The notes beneath the pieces were generated by a model that was not told the DNA's origin, ran no database searches, and saw only the letters and a program-made list of their open reading frames with translations. DNA of 64,000 bases. Origin: Corallochytrium limacisporum Hawaii (Eukaryota; Protista; Pluriformea). The stretch is taken from assembly GCA_002811645.1 (NCBI GenBank), contig PDIP01000019.1, positions 252,404 through 316,403 on the forward strand. The letters are read 5' to 3'. Position numbers and translations under genes: made by a program. Below are positions 35,085-45,069 of the stretch, piece by piece. How positions within the stretch are numbered: the first letter of the stretch is position 1; each line of letters opens with the position of its first letter.

Positions 35085-36027
35085 AGCCACCACACGCGTT
35101 CAGAACACGGCACACAGCTCTCACTAGCCAAAACCCATAGTGAAATTAAAATAGTCAGTATATGTAAATGTCCGATTTGTGGACAAAATTACATCGAGGC
35201 AACTAAGATATGCGTACGCATTCAGGGAATCGTTCCTGTCTGGGTAGCTTCCAATAGGAAAAAGGTATATCAAACTGCCTCACGCGACCAAATTTTTCGG
35301 CCGCCCAACGGCTAATTAGCGAACCCCGCCTGCCTAATGACCAACTCCTCCAAGAGGTCTGGTTGATTCGCTATGGAGGGGGAGTTCCATCCAGGCCCTC
35401 TTCGCTACGAGGTCGGCCCAGCCAAGCTACAAAACCCTCATCCTATTTTTCCCTCTTTCAGCTTCGTTTGCTCTCGCACGATACTCGGCGGCTTTGCATT
35501 GTAACGTCTCGCTGTACCCTTTGAGGCGGCCAGACATCATTGTGTGAATCAGGTAGCAGCTCCCAAACAGAAGGTCCAAACTGACACATGAGGCAGGCAT
35601 TGTGGTTGATGATGCTGGTGTTCTTGTTGGTGATACGTAACACCGATGTGGCTGATACCGAAATCGTGCTGCTCTGATGATGATTACAGAACACACCTGA
35701 ACACCAGGATCGTCTTCCTACATAACAAACGTGCGCACTTTGTTTATCACTAATATCAGGGCTTTTGCTTACGTCTTCTGCGTGTGAGCGAATACAATTT
35801 GCATAGATACGTTGATGAGACATGATGCCCAGGACATGCGACTGATGTTACACACTCAAAGAAAGTTCTACCACCTATGACGTGTACTACATATGGATCG
35901 ACTAATTACGATATTATTCTTTAAATGACTGTCATATCTCGCTTCTGTACAAGTGGAGAAAAAGCCATGCTAAATGGGGCATTAATAGATGATCGTAAGA
36001 TGCTGAATGCTGATTGTTCGTGCCTGG

Positions 36028-37179
36028 CTAGGCGGTCTGATGACTCACACTGCCCACGGACTCAACGGTAGCGACCTGGGCTACGGAAACCGTTCCGAGG
36101 CAGATGCACTCGTCACTGTTCACGCCAAAATCACCATCATGGCCTTCCTCTTCTTCCTCTTCCTCGTCAAATTCCACAAAAAAGTCGTCTTCATCGAGCT
36201 CCATTGACTGGCCGAGGCCGCCCTCGGGCATTGAAGCCAAGAGGGAGCCAGTGCTCTCAGACGCTGCATCCGCGGGCAATGCATGCCAGCTTTGTGGACG
36301 AGCGGGTGCCTTGGTGTTCACAGAAATGTTGTCACCGAGACCACGGCGTTGCCGCAAGCTGAAAGTGACGGATTCTCCGCTTTGGGAGTGAATGGGCATC
36401 GACTTAGCGCGACGCGAAATATCGACCATGCTCAAGTGCTTCTGGCGGTTGATCTGAAGCGCCTGCTCGGACATGGACTGGCTTGTCGGCCTTACTGATC
36501 TGAGTTGGTTGCCCATGCTACTCATGCTGAAGGAGCGGCGCATGTTGTTTAGGTCCTCCTGAATCTTCTCCGTGGAGCCAAAAGCATTGAGCATTTTGGG
36601 CAGCTGATAGTCCCAATAGACGCTGTGACGATTACTGGTCCTGGCGGATGTGGATCCCAGATCGTAGCTGCTGTGGCGGATACCCATGCTCTGTCTGGCC
36701 AATTGGCGAGGGGGGCTGTCGGTCCATTCACTAAGCCGTGGAGCTACAGATGGAGACGAAAGACTTGATGATGAACTGATAGCAGCCATCTGTTCGAGGT
36801 TTGGAATGCTTTGGGCAAGTCCCGACAGACGCTTGCTCTGGCGACCGGGTTTCACATTCATGTTTTCCCGACTTGAGTGCCGTTTCATCTGCCTCAGGCT
36901 GTCGCTGCTGTCCGGCGGGCTCAGACGATTTCCGTGGCGTCGCCCTTTGCTATTGGCATACTGTTTGTGCATCGAAAGGAAGTGTTGCTGGTGCTTTGGC
37001 CTTTCCGACGATGACGATGATGAAGCGCTGCCAATGTTGGTCTCAGCTACCCGTTCAATGATAACATCAACCGACGAGGAGGCCGGGCTAGGATTTCCCT
37101 TTGTGTCGTTGGAATATGACCCATGTTTTCCACCCTTGAGGGCCCGCCAAAGGCTGTGTGTTTTCCCTTCTGCGGTCAT
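36028..37179 (-). CDS. Uncharacterised Ser-rich intrinsically disordered protein with acidic C-terminal tract
   Basis: Open frame of ~383 aa from the ATG at 37179; many RxxS motifs; DEEEEEEE near the C-terminus; no recognisable domain. Confidence 0.7.
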   Translation of the reverse strand: MTAEGKTHSLWRALKGGKHGSYSNDTKGNPSPASSSVDVIIERVAETNIGSASSSSSSERPKHQQHFLSMHKQYANSKGRRHGNRLSPPDSSDSLRQMKRHSSRENMNVKPGRQSKRLSGLAQSIPNLEQMAAISSSSSLSSPSVAPRLSEWTDSPPRQLARQSMGIRHSSYDLGSTSARTSNRHSVYWDYQLPKMLNAFGSTEKIQEDLNNMRRSFSMSSMGNQLRSVRPTSQSMSEQALQINRQKHLSMVDISRRAKSMPIHSQSGESVTFSLRQRRGLGDNISVNTKAPARPQSWHALPADAASESTGSLLASMPEGGLGQSMELDEDDFFVEFDEEEEEEEGHDGDFGVNSDECICLGTVSVAQVATVESVGSVSHQTA

Positions 37180-38277
37180 GTGTGTTCCAAACAAAAGACG
37201 AAGTGTCTTTACCTAATAAGTCATTTGGTTGCTACCGGGATTTCTATGCATGCTATTGAAATGTGGAGACTGTATACTGCTGCTTCTTACCAATGTGATT
37301 CTTTGAACACTTGGCCTACGTACTATGGACGTATACTATCGTGGTATATACACATTCACCCATTCCACGCAACTGAAACTTGTAGTATGAATAGAGATCA
37401 TTGCTACCTTAATCCGTTTCATACCTGTCGGCTAGAGCTAACCATTTGATTCATTACGGGGCGGTAAATTCATTAGGTTTTATAAAGAAAGTAAAGACAT
37501 GTAACATTTGTGAAAGCCCATTCCTGAACCTGACCGTTCCCAACACGCACACAACGACACTCACCCACTTGTCCCGGCACTCCTGCAACCGCCGTTGCTC
37601 TCCCAACCAACCTCCCCCCACAACCCTTCCTCCCGACCCGCCTTCCGCATCCGCCTCCCACCCTCTCCTTTACTTTCTATGGATTTCTGGGCCCACCACC
37701 AACGAACTCCTCCATTGCTCTTTCTGGTCTTTCCTTCCCTCCTCCCTCTCCCTCTTCCCCTCGTTTTTCTTCTTCGACGATGGGGCGACTCAACCGACGC
37801 CAGCCCCCTTTTCCCCCTCTTTCCCTTTCTCCCTCCGCCGTGTCTTCCGCCTTTTTCGTACCGTCCGACGAGACGATTCCCAGTGTTCCCCCCCACCCAC
37901 CCCCCAATATACACACACACGGGGGTCTGCAGCACTGGAGTGGTACTGTACGCTGCAGAGCAAGGATGTCTGTGTGTGTGAGTGTGTGTCCTCCGAGTGA
38001 AGCGGAAAAATAACCCAAAACTTTCCGTAGAGTCCTGGAGCCCTCCATCCTCCCCCCGGCAGGGAGACCCCCGGGGGGAGGGCGGGTGAAAATGGAAGCA
38101 GTACATTTACTACTACGGACCATCGGGGCTCTGGAAAACACGAAGACCACAGATCGGGGAAGAAAAAAAAAGGGAGAAAATTACAAGGGAAATGGCCACG
38201 GAGACCGGAGAGTGTTTGGGGGGGGGGGGGGGGGAGGAGCAGTGGAGCGAGCGAGTGTTACCCTCTCGCCATTTTCC

Positions 38278-38322
38278 NNNNNNNNNNNNNNNNNNNNNNN
38301 NNNNNNNNNNNNNNNNNNNNNN
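38278..38322. other. Assembly gap (N run) with duplicated flanks
   Basis: 45 N; nearly the same ~47 nt sequence occurs on both sides. Confidence 0.97.
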
Positions 38323-38812
38323 GGGGGGGGGAGGGGAGGAGCGGTGGAGCGAGCGAGTGTTACCCTCTCGCCATTTTCCTGAGCCCCCGGAGCCGGTGGT
38401 GGGGAAACCAGCCAGCATTCGGCCGAAAAATTGGCCTTTTGGGTCCGCTACAAAAAGGTTTCCATAATAAAACTCTACGCGGTTATAGTTGGGGGGAAAG
38501 GGTGCAATCTGGGCCATGGATGGGGTCTCATTAGCGGAAACAAAAGGAAAATGGGGCGGTAACGTCGCGCCACTGCGACTTGCCAGCTGAAAATCGCAAG
38601 GGCCGAACCATTGCCTCCTCCACCCCCCCCCCTGGGAAACGCGGCAAGAGAGACCGGGTCGGCGTGCCTCAATTGCGCTGATCTCAGTAATTTTCCAACT
38701 GAAAATTTTCGGTAATGAATGGTAATTGAAAGGGAGTGGTGTCCCATACCCTTTCGTTGGTATTTGGCTGACAGATGCAGGAATCATGATATCCCCCCCC
38801 CCCCCCCCCCCC

Positions 38813-38885
38813 NNNNNNNNNNNNNNNNNNNNNNNNNNNNNNNNNNNNNNNNNNNNNNNNNNNNNNNNNNNNNNNNNNNNNNNNN
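38813..38885. other. Assembly gap (N run) inside poly-C
   Basis: 73 N. Confidence 0.99.
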
Positions 38886-39636
38886 CCCCCCCCTCCCCCC
38901 CCATCTGTTTAGGTTGATGCTTACACACACGCACTTAGGTGGATCACGATGGGGGTGGGGGTTGTAAGCACTTTGGATACTGAATCAGTGTGCGGTGGCG
39001 GGCCATGCACAGTGTGCCCTTCAAAATCACGAGGCCAAACCATTGGCGGGGAAGATGGTGTGCACCGCGCCTACGCTGTACCAAATTCTTCTTCGTCGCC
39101 ACCTCGCCAAATATGGGACTGGAATGTAATACGTTCAGTATTAGACTCGGGAATGCTTCGCAAATGGGAGATGTACAAACTTACAACACACGAAACCCAC
39201 GAACGATGCAGAGGGGCCAAGCGCGGGAGCCTGGTTTTTGGGATAGTCAAGTCCCTACCCGAACAGGAGAAATTCTACGGTTGTCAAGAGTTACGCAGGC
39301 ATCGACGAGAAAAGAAAGAAATAAAGAGAAAAAATTAGATCGTGGACTATGTATGAAAAGCAAGCGACCGGGGGAGGGGGCTGGGAGGAGGGAAAAAAAC
39401 GGGCGAGGGTTACTCGATCGACCGACCCGCTTGGCAAATAGGAGAAGGTTCGCAGGACAGACCCGCCCCTGCATTCAACAATGGGTGTCGGACCCGGAGC
39501 TGGGTTGAGCCTGGACACGACACTGTCGTGGTGATGATGGCATTATACTGGTACACACTGTACCTGAAAATTTTCCCTGTCGGTCAGGTTCCGCAGTAAA
39601 AAAGCCAATGTAACATACAACGGTCGAGAACAATTT

Positions 39637-40845
39637 TCAATGCATACAATATTGCACTTGTTCTGAGAAGGTCTGCTGCTCCGACACCAGTGGGGCGAGA
39701 AGGTTCGTCTTCATAAGTTCATATGCGCTGGGCCGGGCAGATGCACGCAACTGAAGACATCGAGTACAGTGGTCTAGTAATGGCTGGGGTCGCTGTCGAG
39801 CATCCATTGTGAGCGCCGGCAGAGGATGGCCCGCAAGCTTCCGTCGTTTCAGAGAATCGTGCAGCGTCCAAAACAGGTGCCCTTCCGTACTGTCAACCCC
39901 ACCGCCTTTGACAGAGACCGTATGGTCTGTGCTGATTCCCTTTCGCACTCTGTGCGGACCATGCGAAGATGAAAGCTCCGGAGCAGCGACCGCAGTTTCA
40001 TGGACGGTGGTCTCTAGGTCACCTTCAGGCGCGAGTATCAGCGGGAACTTCTGCTGCGTAATCTCTAGCATCGTGAGTCCGTAGGCCCAGACATCAGCAG
40101 GTTTTCCATACGCCGCACATGCGTCAAGCTTCTCCGGTGCGTTGTACGCTAGTGTTCCTACAATATCCATGGTCTCCATTGCTTCCCCAGCTGAAAATGG
40201 TTTGGAACAGCCAAGATCACTAACCCTGACCCCTAAAACAGGGTGCCAGAGAATGTTCCCTGGAGTAATATCGCGGTGCAGAACGTGTGCTACATCATGC
40301 ATGTACACCAGTGCTTCGAGGACATCCAGGGCAATCTTCGCAATCACGCCGTCACCAATCTCCCTATGGTTCTGCTGTGCATGGTCGAGCATGTCTCGAA
40401 CACTGCCATGCATGCAATCCATCACCATATTTAATCCTCCTTCCGCCAGAAAAAGGCCATGACAATGAACTATGTGGTCAGTGCCTTTGATCCGCGAGAG
40501 GCTGTGGATGGCATTGGTGATGGTCTGGGTTTCCTCGGGGTCTCCCGTTAGTGGTACACTCTTGCATGCATATGTCTGCTGAGAACCATCCACACCAGGT
40601 ACATAAACAATGCGCACAGTCCCAAATGTGCCCTGGCCGATCATTCTATCGAACCGGATTCGATCGAACGTCAGATCTGCTGTCAAAGCGGGCGTCCAGC
40701 GCTCTTGTTTGCCAGCAATGTACGTTTGGTTACCGCGAACCTCTATGTCATGCATACGAAGTATTCCATCGTTGCTGATCTCGAAACTGTCGCCTGAACT
40801 TCCGGGAATGGCCAGTGATGGTGGCCGGGGTTTTTTGCGGTGCAT
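39637..40845 (-). CDS. MAP kinase kinase-like (STE7 family) protein kinase, atypical
   Basis: N-terminal D-site RKKPRPPSLAIP; GQGTFG; YACK; HRDITPGN; DLG; VGTLAYNAPE; ADVWAYGLTMLE. Confidence 0.8.
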   Translation of the reverse strand: MHRKKPRPPSLAIPGSSGDSFEISNDGILRMHDIEVRGNQTYIAGKQERWTPALTADLTFDRIRFDRMIGQGTFGTVRIVYVPGVDGSQQTYACKSVPLTGDPEETQTITNAIHSLSRIKGTDHIVHCHGLFLAEGGLNMVMDCMHGSVRDMLDHAQQNHREIGDGVIAKIALDVLEALVYMHDVAHVLHRDITPGNILWHPVLGVRVSDLGCSKPFSAGEAMETMDIVGTLAYNAPEKLDACAAYGKPADVWAYGLTMLEITQQKFPLILAPEGDLETTVHETAVAAPELSSSHGPHRVRKGISTDHTVSVKGGGVDSTEGHLFWTLHDSLKRRKLAGHPLPALTMDARQRPQPLLDHCTRCLQLRASARPSAYELMKTNLLAPLVSEQQTFSEQVQYCMH

Positions 40846-42434
40846 TGTCCGCTAGCTAGTGGCCGACGGTGATGCTGACGTTACTCACATACTCTGTGCC
40901 GGGGGCCTGCAACCCCAAGCAAAGGCGTCGTATCGAACCCTGTACGTTATCACTTTCTAAGCACACTGGGATGAGTAAGGAGTAAAGCAATTCACTTGTA
41001 TACCTTGAGTCAACAGAAACATCCAAGGTTGGCCACGGCTCACCTACCGCCAAACCTGTTACACCGGCCTCCACCTCGCAAGTGCGAAGGAGATGGAGCC
41101 CGCCCAAGGGGAGGCACAGTTAACTGAAAGCCCTTCTTGTCATTATATGGATTAAAACCCAGGAAAATCTTTGCCTTGCCGTCAGCCTTTGGGACACCCA
41201 CTACTGCTGGTGAAAGATCTGTGTCATGAAATCATCCGTCCCCTCCGGGAGTCCTATTGTTTCCCTTCGTTCTCTCACTCTCTCTGCAAAGACCTCCCGC
41301 CCCGGGTTTTTGGTGCACCGCCCTCACGGAGTGCCCTCTCTTACGGTACTAAGAGTACCGCAATTCCGGGGCCATGTTTTCATCGCCAAAGTTCTCTGAG
41401 TTTGGCGCGAAGCGGTTGAATTGTAGCCTTGGGTGTCTCGGGATGAGCGAAGGCAGGTACGAAGCCTCAGGGGTGCTTTTTCATAGTGAATGTACTGAAG
41501 TTCTGCTCCCGTCTCTTGGCAACTGCCACCCCTCGCAGGGGGCACGTGTAAACAGAAGACCGGAGTGTAGGAATTCTGGTGCTCTCCTCTGCTGCCGAAG
41601 ACTGCTAAAGCCGGTCGGTACCATAGTAAAACTATGGCAAATTGCAAATTCTGTTAATGAAAAAGAAAAGGCAGACAGAGGTGGCACGATAACGGACCGC
41701 AGGGACCGCGAGAGAGTTGGCGTCGGAAAGAAAAAAGCCAAGGAAAAAGGAAAAAGAGAAGAAAAAAAACCGTACACACATTGAAATGAAAGGAAGAAAC
41801 CCAAAAACCTCGAAAGTTTGAAGAAAGAAGGGGGAAGGAGGCCCGGAAGGTGAGACCCGCAGAGAGTCAGGGGTGCTTCTCCCCCCCCTTAGGGGAGATG
41901 CTGGGGTGTGTAATGCCAAATTCGACGGCAGTCGAATTTTGTTTCACGATTATCGGTACAAAAACAATGAGCAGTTTCACGTCCGAAACAGAGTGCGAGT
42001 CAAAAAAGTTAGAGCATAACAGACCAAGGCAAACCCATTGTTTGGGTCCCCGTGTCAATTTCAAGGGCCAATGATTCAATGGACACGTCCGATGGTTTGA
42101 AAAAGATGTGACATCAGTACAAATTATATTGCATCTATCGTCTGTGAATCGCATGAGTTGTCTTGGCCGGTTGGCCATTTTACTCTTTGCCCCGCTACGT
42201 TGTAACCCGTCAGGACGCGGGGTGGCAGTCTGCCGCAGTCTGGTCCTCTGGCTTGGGGAGGAGAGAGAGAGCAAGAAAGCCTTCCTTCCGGCACCGTACG
42301 TTCACTACCACTGAGCGCGAAAAGAGACTGTAGGGGAGGATAGGATATTTCGCGCTACCGGGGCCGAGCGGTGGCCCTGGTGGGGGGGGGAGGGTGGTGT
42401 TAGGAGACGAGGGACGGGCAGGGAAGCTGGGCCC

Positions 42435-42437
<3 letters not shown>

Positions 42438-42473
<36 letters not shown>
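42438..42473. repeat. (TG)18 microsatellite upstream of the forkhead gene
   Basis: Perfect tg run. Confidence 0.95.
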
Positions 42474-42476
<3 letters not shown>

Positions 42477-42967
42477 TGGTTTGCTCTGCGCGGGTTGGAG
42501 ACCGCAGTGGCTGTTTTCTGGGCACTCCGCTGCGTGCGAGTGTCATCATCGCGGCTCCCCACTCACAGAAACGGACGTGGTCGGAGGATGCTTCTTTTTG
42601 GACGAGTATTCTTAAAGTGGAGCTCGTACATGACGCGGCATAACACTCTCGAGGAATGGTGACTCAACTGTTCGCAATTTATATGACTGCATTTACGGAA
42701 CACCCACGGACTGAAAGGCGTGGGCTTTCCGTTAGATCACACAAGCTATGAGAGACCTAAAACAAGCCCTGCAGTATAGTCACACCATGCTAGTCGTGAT
42801 ATCAAAGAGATCATTCACGTAATTTACTGACCCAATTTCCAGGCCTTCTCCACGGAAGCAGATTCAATTCTTGCTGTTCGCTATAATCGTCGAGAAGTCG
42901 GCTACAGAGTTAAGTGGATCAGTTTTAGTGTACATTGGGAAGGTTCATTGAAACATCGAACCAGGAC

Positions 42968-44770
42968 ATGCCCAGCGCCAGCAACAGTCCCAACAACGGT
43001 ATGATGGACACTGTCACCACTCCGGCCTCCAGCCACTCGTCGTCAACCGGCAAGAGCACTCAGATGTCCTTGGACTCCAGTCTGACAGCCATGGACTGGC
43101 TGCCCAAGCTCAACGTCAAGCGAGTCAAGGCAGGAAAGGCTACTGGTCCGAATGTACCGCCGCCAGTGGCTCCAAAGCCTCCACCGACGTACTCACGGCC
43201 CATCGGGCCTCGTCTGCCGACCTCCAGGCCGAAGAAGGAGAAGCGGGAGCCTAAAGAAAAGCCAAAAAAGGTGCCCAAGGTCAAACCTCTGGTCGTGCGA
43301 GAGGATGGAAAGCCTCCATACAGCTATTCTGAGATGATTAAAGAGGCCCTGGCAACCAGTCCCCAGGGCATTCTCACTCTGAACGACATCTACGAATGGA
43401 TCCAGTGCAAGTATCAGTATTACCGGGATGTAAACAGCAACGGCTGGAAGAACAGTGTGCGTCACAATCTCAGTTTGAACACAGCCTTCGTAAAGGTTCC
43501 TCGTCCGGAAGGAGACAAAGGTAAGGGTTCCTACTGGTGTTTACAGGGTTCAGATGTTGCCATCAATGGGGCACCGTCCCACATTATCAGCCCCAGGGTC
43601 AGCGTCGGAGAGCAGAACACAGCTTTACCCAATCTGCGGAAGTTCGGCACCGATACGGACGAACAGTTTGCCTGCAATCTGCAACAGGTCATGGATGCTG
43701 GATTGCTGACCGGTACCACCACGGCTTCTTCTCGACAGAGCAGTGGTGGCTACAGCAACATCCCATATCGCATGCCCACGAGCCAGCCCGGCTCGGGCTC
43801 CAGCACGCGGCACAACAGCACAGACCTGGATGCGTTGGCAAAGTTCGTGGCCAGTGGTGCGGCCGACCGTATGGATATATCTATCAACGGCCCGTCGAGC
43901 CGCAAGACAAGCACAGGAAGCCGTGTGGCACGGGAAATGATCATGGCCACCGACACTGATGTAGGTATAAGCGCGGGTGCGGGTTTGTTGAGCGAGAGTA
44001 TGATGCGTCTGGCCGATGTCAGTCAGGAAGAAATGCGTCGGCACGGCATGGGCATGGAGGATGTGTCTAAGTCACCAGCAAGGGACAGTGGGAAACAATT
44101 CAATCAGGCCATTCTCAACTCAGCCCTGGACAGAGATATAATCACTGCTGACGACCTGAGTAACAGCCTGACTCAGATGTATCTGAGCATAATGGACCCA
44201 ACCGGCCCTGCCGATGAACTGAGGACGAAGCAGCAAACGCGTGATCTGGGCTGCTCGCCCGCAAGGCGCCAGCCTGCTTCTTCCGCCCGTCACTCGCAGA
44301 GCAGGAAGACTTCCAATCTGGGACTGTCTGCTTTCGGACTAAGTGATGTTCTGCGGCATGTCATTGTCGAGGAAGATGGCGCTGAACTCACCGACCAGGC
44401 CGGTAACAAGGACTCGGAGAAGGAGAACCGCCCGGGCATCCTGAGTGTACCCCCTGGTGGTGATAATCCGTCCGCCAGTGCTATTATGCGTACTGTCTTC
44501 GGCTCCGCTGGCGTTGATAGATCTGGACGCAACTCCCTGATCAGCAGCGAACATCTGACTGCCAGTGACTTTGAAGACGACGACGATGAACAGCCAAAGC
44601 CAAAATCAAGCAACACAGGCACGGGTGCTAAGGACAAAGCCAGCAAGCCAAGGCCCAGAGTTCTGCCCCAGACGCTGGAGGCACATGCTGCTGGGTCCGA
44701 AGAGGCTGTCCAGAGGTCCCTCTCCGCGGAGAATGAGGAGGAAGAATTTGACTGGAGCACCATAATGTAG
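42968..44770 (+). CDS. Forkhead transcription factor, FoxJ2/J3-like
   Basis: Forkhead domain KPPYSY...GWKNSVRHNLSLN...GKGSYW; N-terminal LDSSLTAMDWLPKL and C-terminal EEFDWSTIM motifs typical of FoxJ2/3. First ATG is at 42968. Confidence 0.88.
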   Translation: MPSASNSPNNGMMDTVTTPASSHSSSTGKSTQMSLDSSLTAMDWLPKLNVKRVKAGKATGPNVPPPVAPKPPPTYSRPIGPRLPTSRPKKEKREPKEKPKKVPKVKPLVVREDGKPPYSYSEMIKEALATSPQGILTLNDIYEWIQCKYQYYRDVNSNGWKNSVRHNLSLNTAFVKVPRPEGDKGKGSYWCLQGSDVAINGAPSHIISPRVSVGEQNTALPNLRKFGTDTDEQFACNLQQVMDAGLLTGTTTASSRQSSGGYSNIPYRMPTSQPGSGSSTRHNSTDLDALAKFVASGAADRMDISINGPSSRKTSTGSRVAREMIMATDTDVGISAGAGLLSESMMRLADVSQEEMRRHGMGMEDVSKSPARDSGKQFNQAILNSALDRDIITADDLSNSLTQMYLSIMDPTGPADELRTKQQTRDLGCSPARRQPASSARHSQSRKTSNLGLSAFGLSDVLRHVIVEEDGAELTDQAGNKDSEKENRPGILSVPPGGDNPSASAIMRTVFGSAGVDRSGRNSLISSEHLTASDFEDDDDEQPKPKSSNTGTGAKDKASKPRPRVLPQTLEAHAAGSEEAVQRSLSAENEEEEFDWSTIM

Positions 44771-45069
44771 CTATCATTATGTGATCGGCTTTGGTCTGCG
44801 TACCGTGGGCCATGCCCCAGTCATTTGTTTCTCCGTTCGCATCATCATAACTTTTCCCATTGCATCGTCAATCAACCTTGTACCATTTATGTTTAGTATA
44901 CTATATACACATTCTCATCATCAACATCATCATCACATATCAAAGCATTCACATTGTGGGTTGTATACTTTTTTTTTTGTATTGTTTTCTTTTTGTCGAG
45001 GTTTGTGTTGTCACCGTCCGCTTGACTATGTTACATTCCCTTCTTGTTCGTGTAAGTTGCGATTAATGC

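Noticed and set aside
38231-38378. ~47-nt direct repeat around an N run (possible TSD or CRISPR-like unit)
   Set aside because: The copies directly flank an assembly gap next to poly-G; most likely overlapping contig ends.
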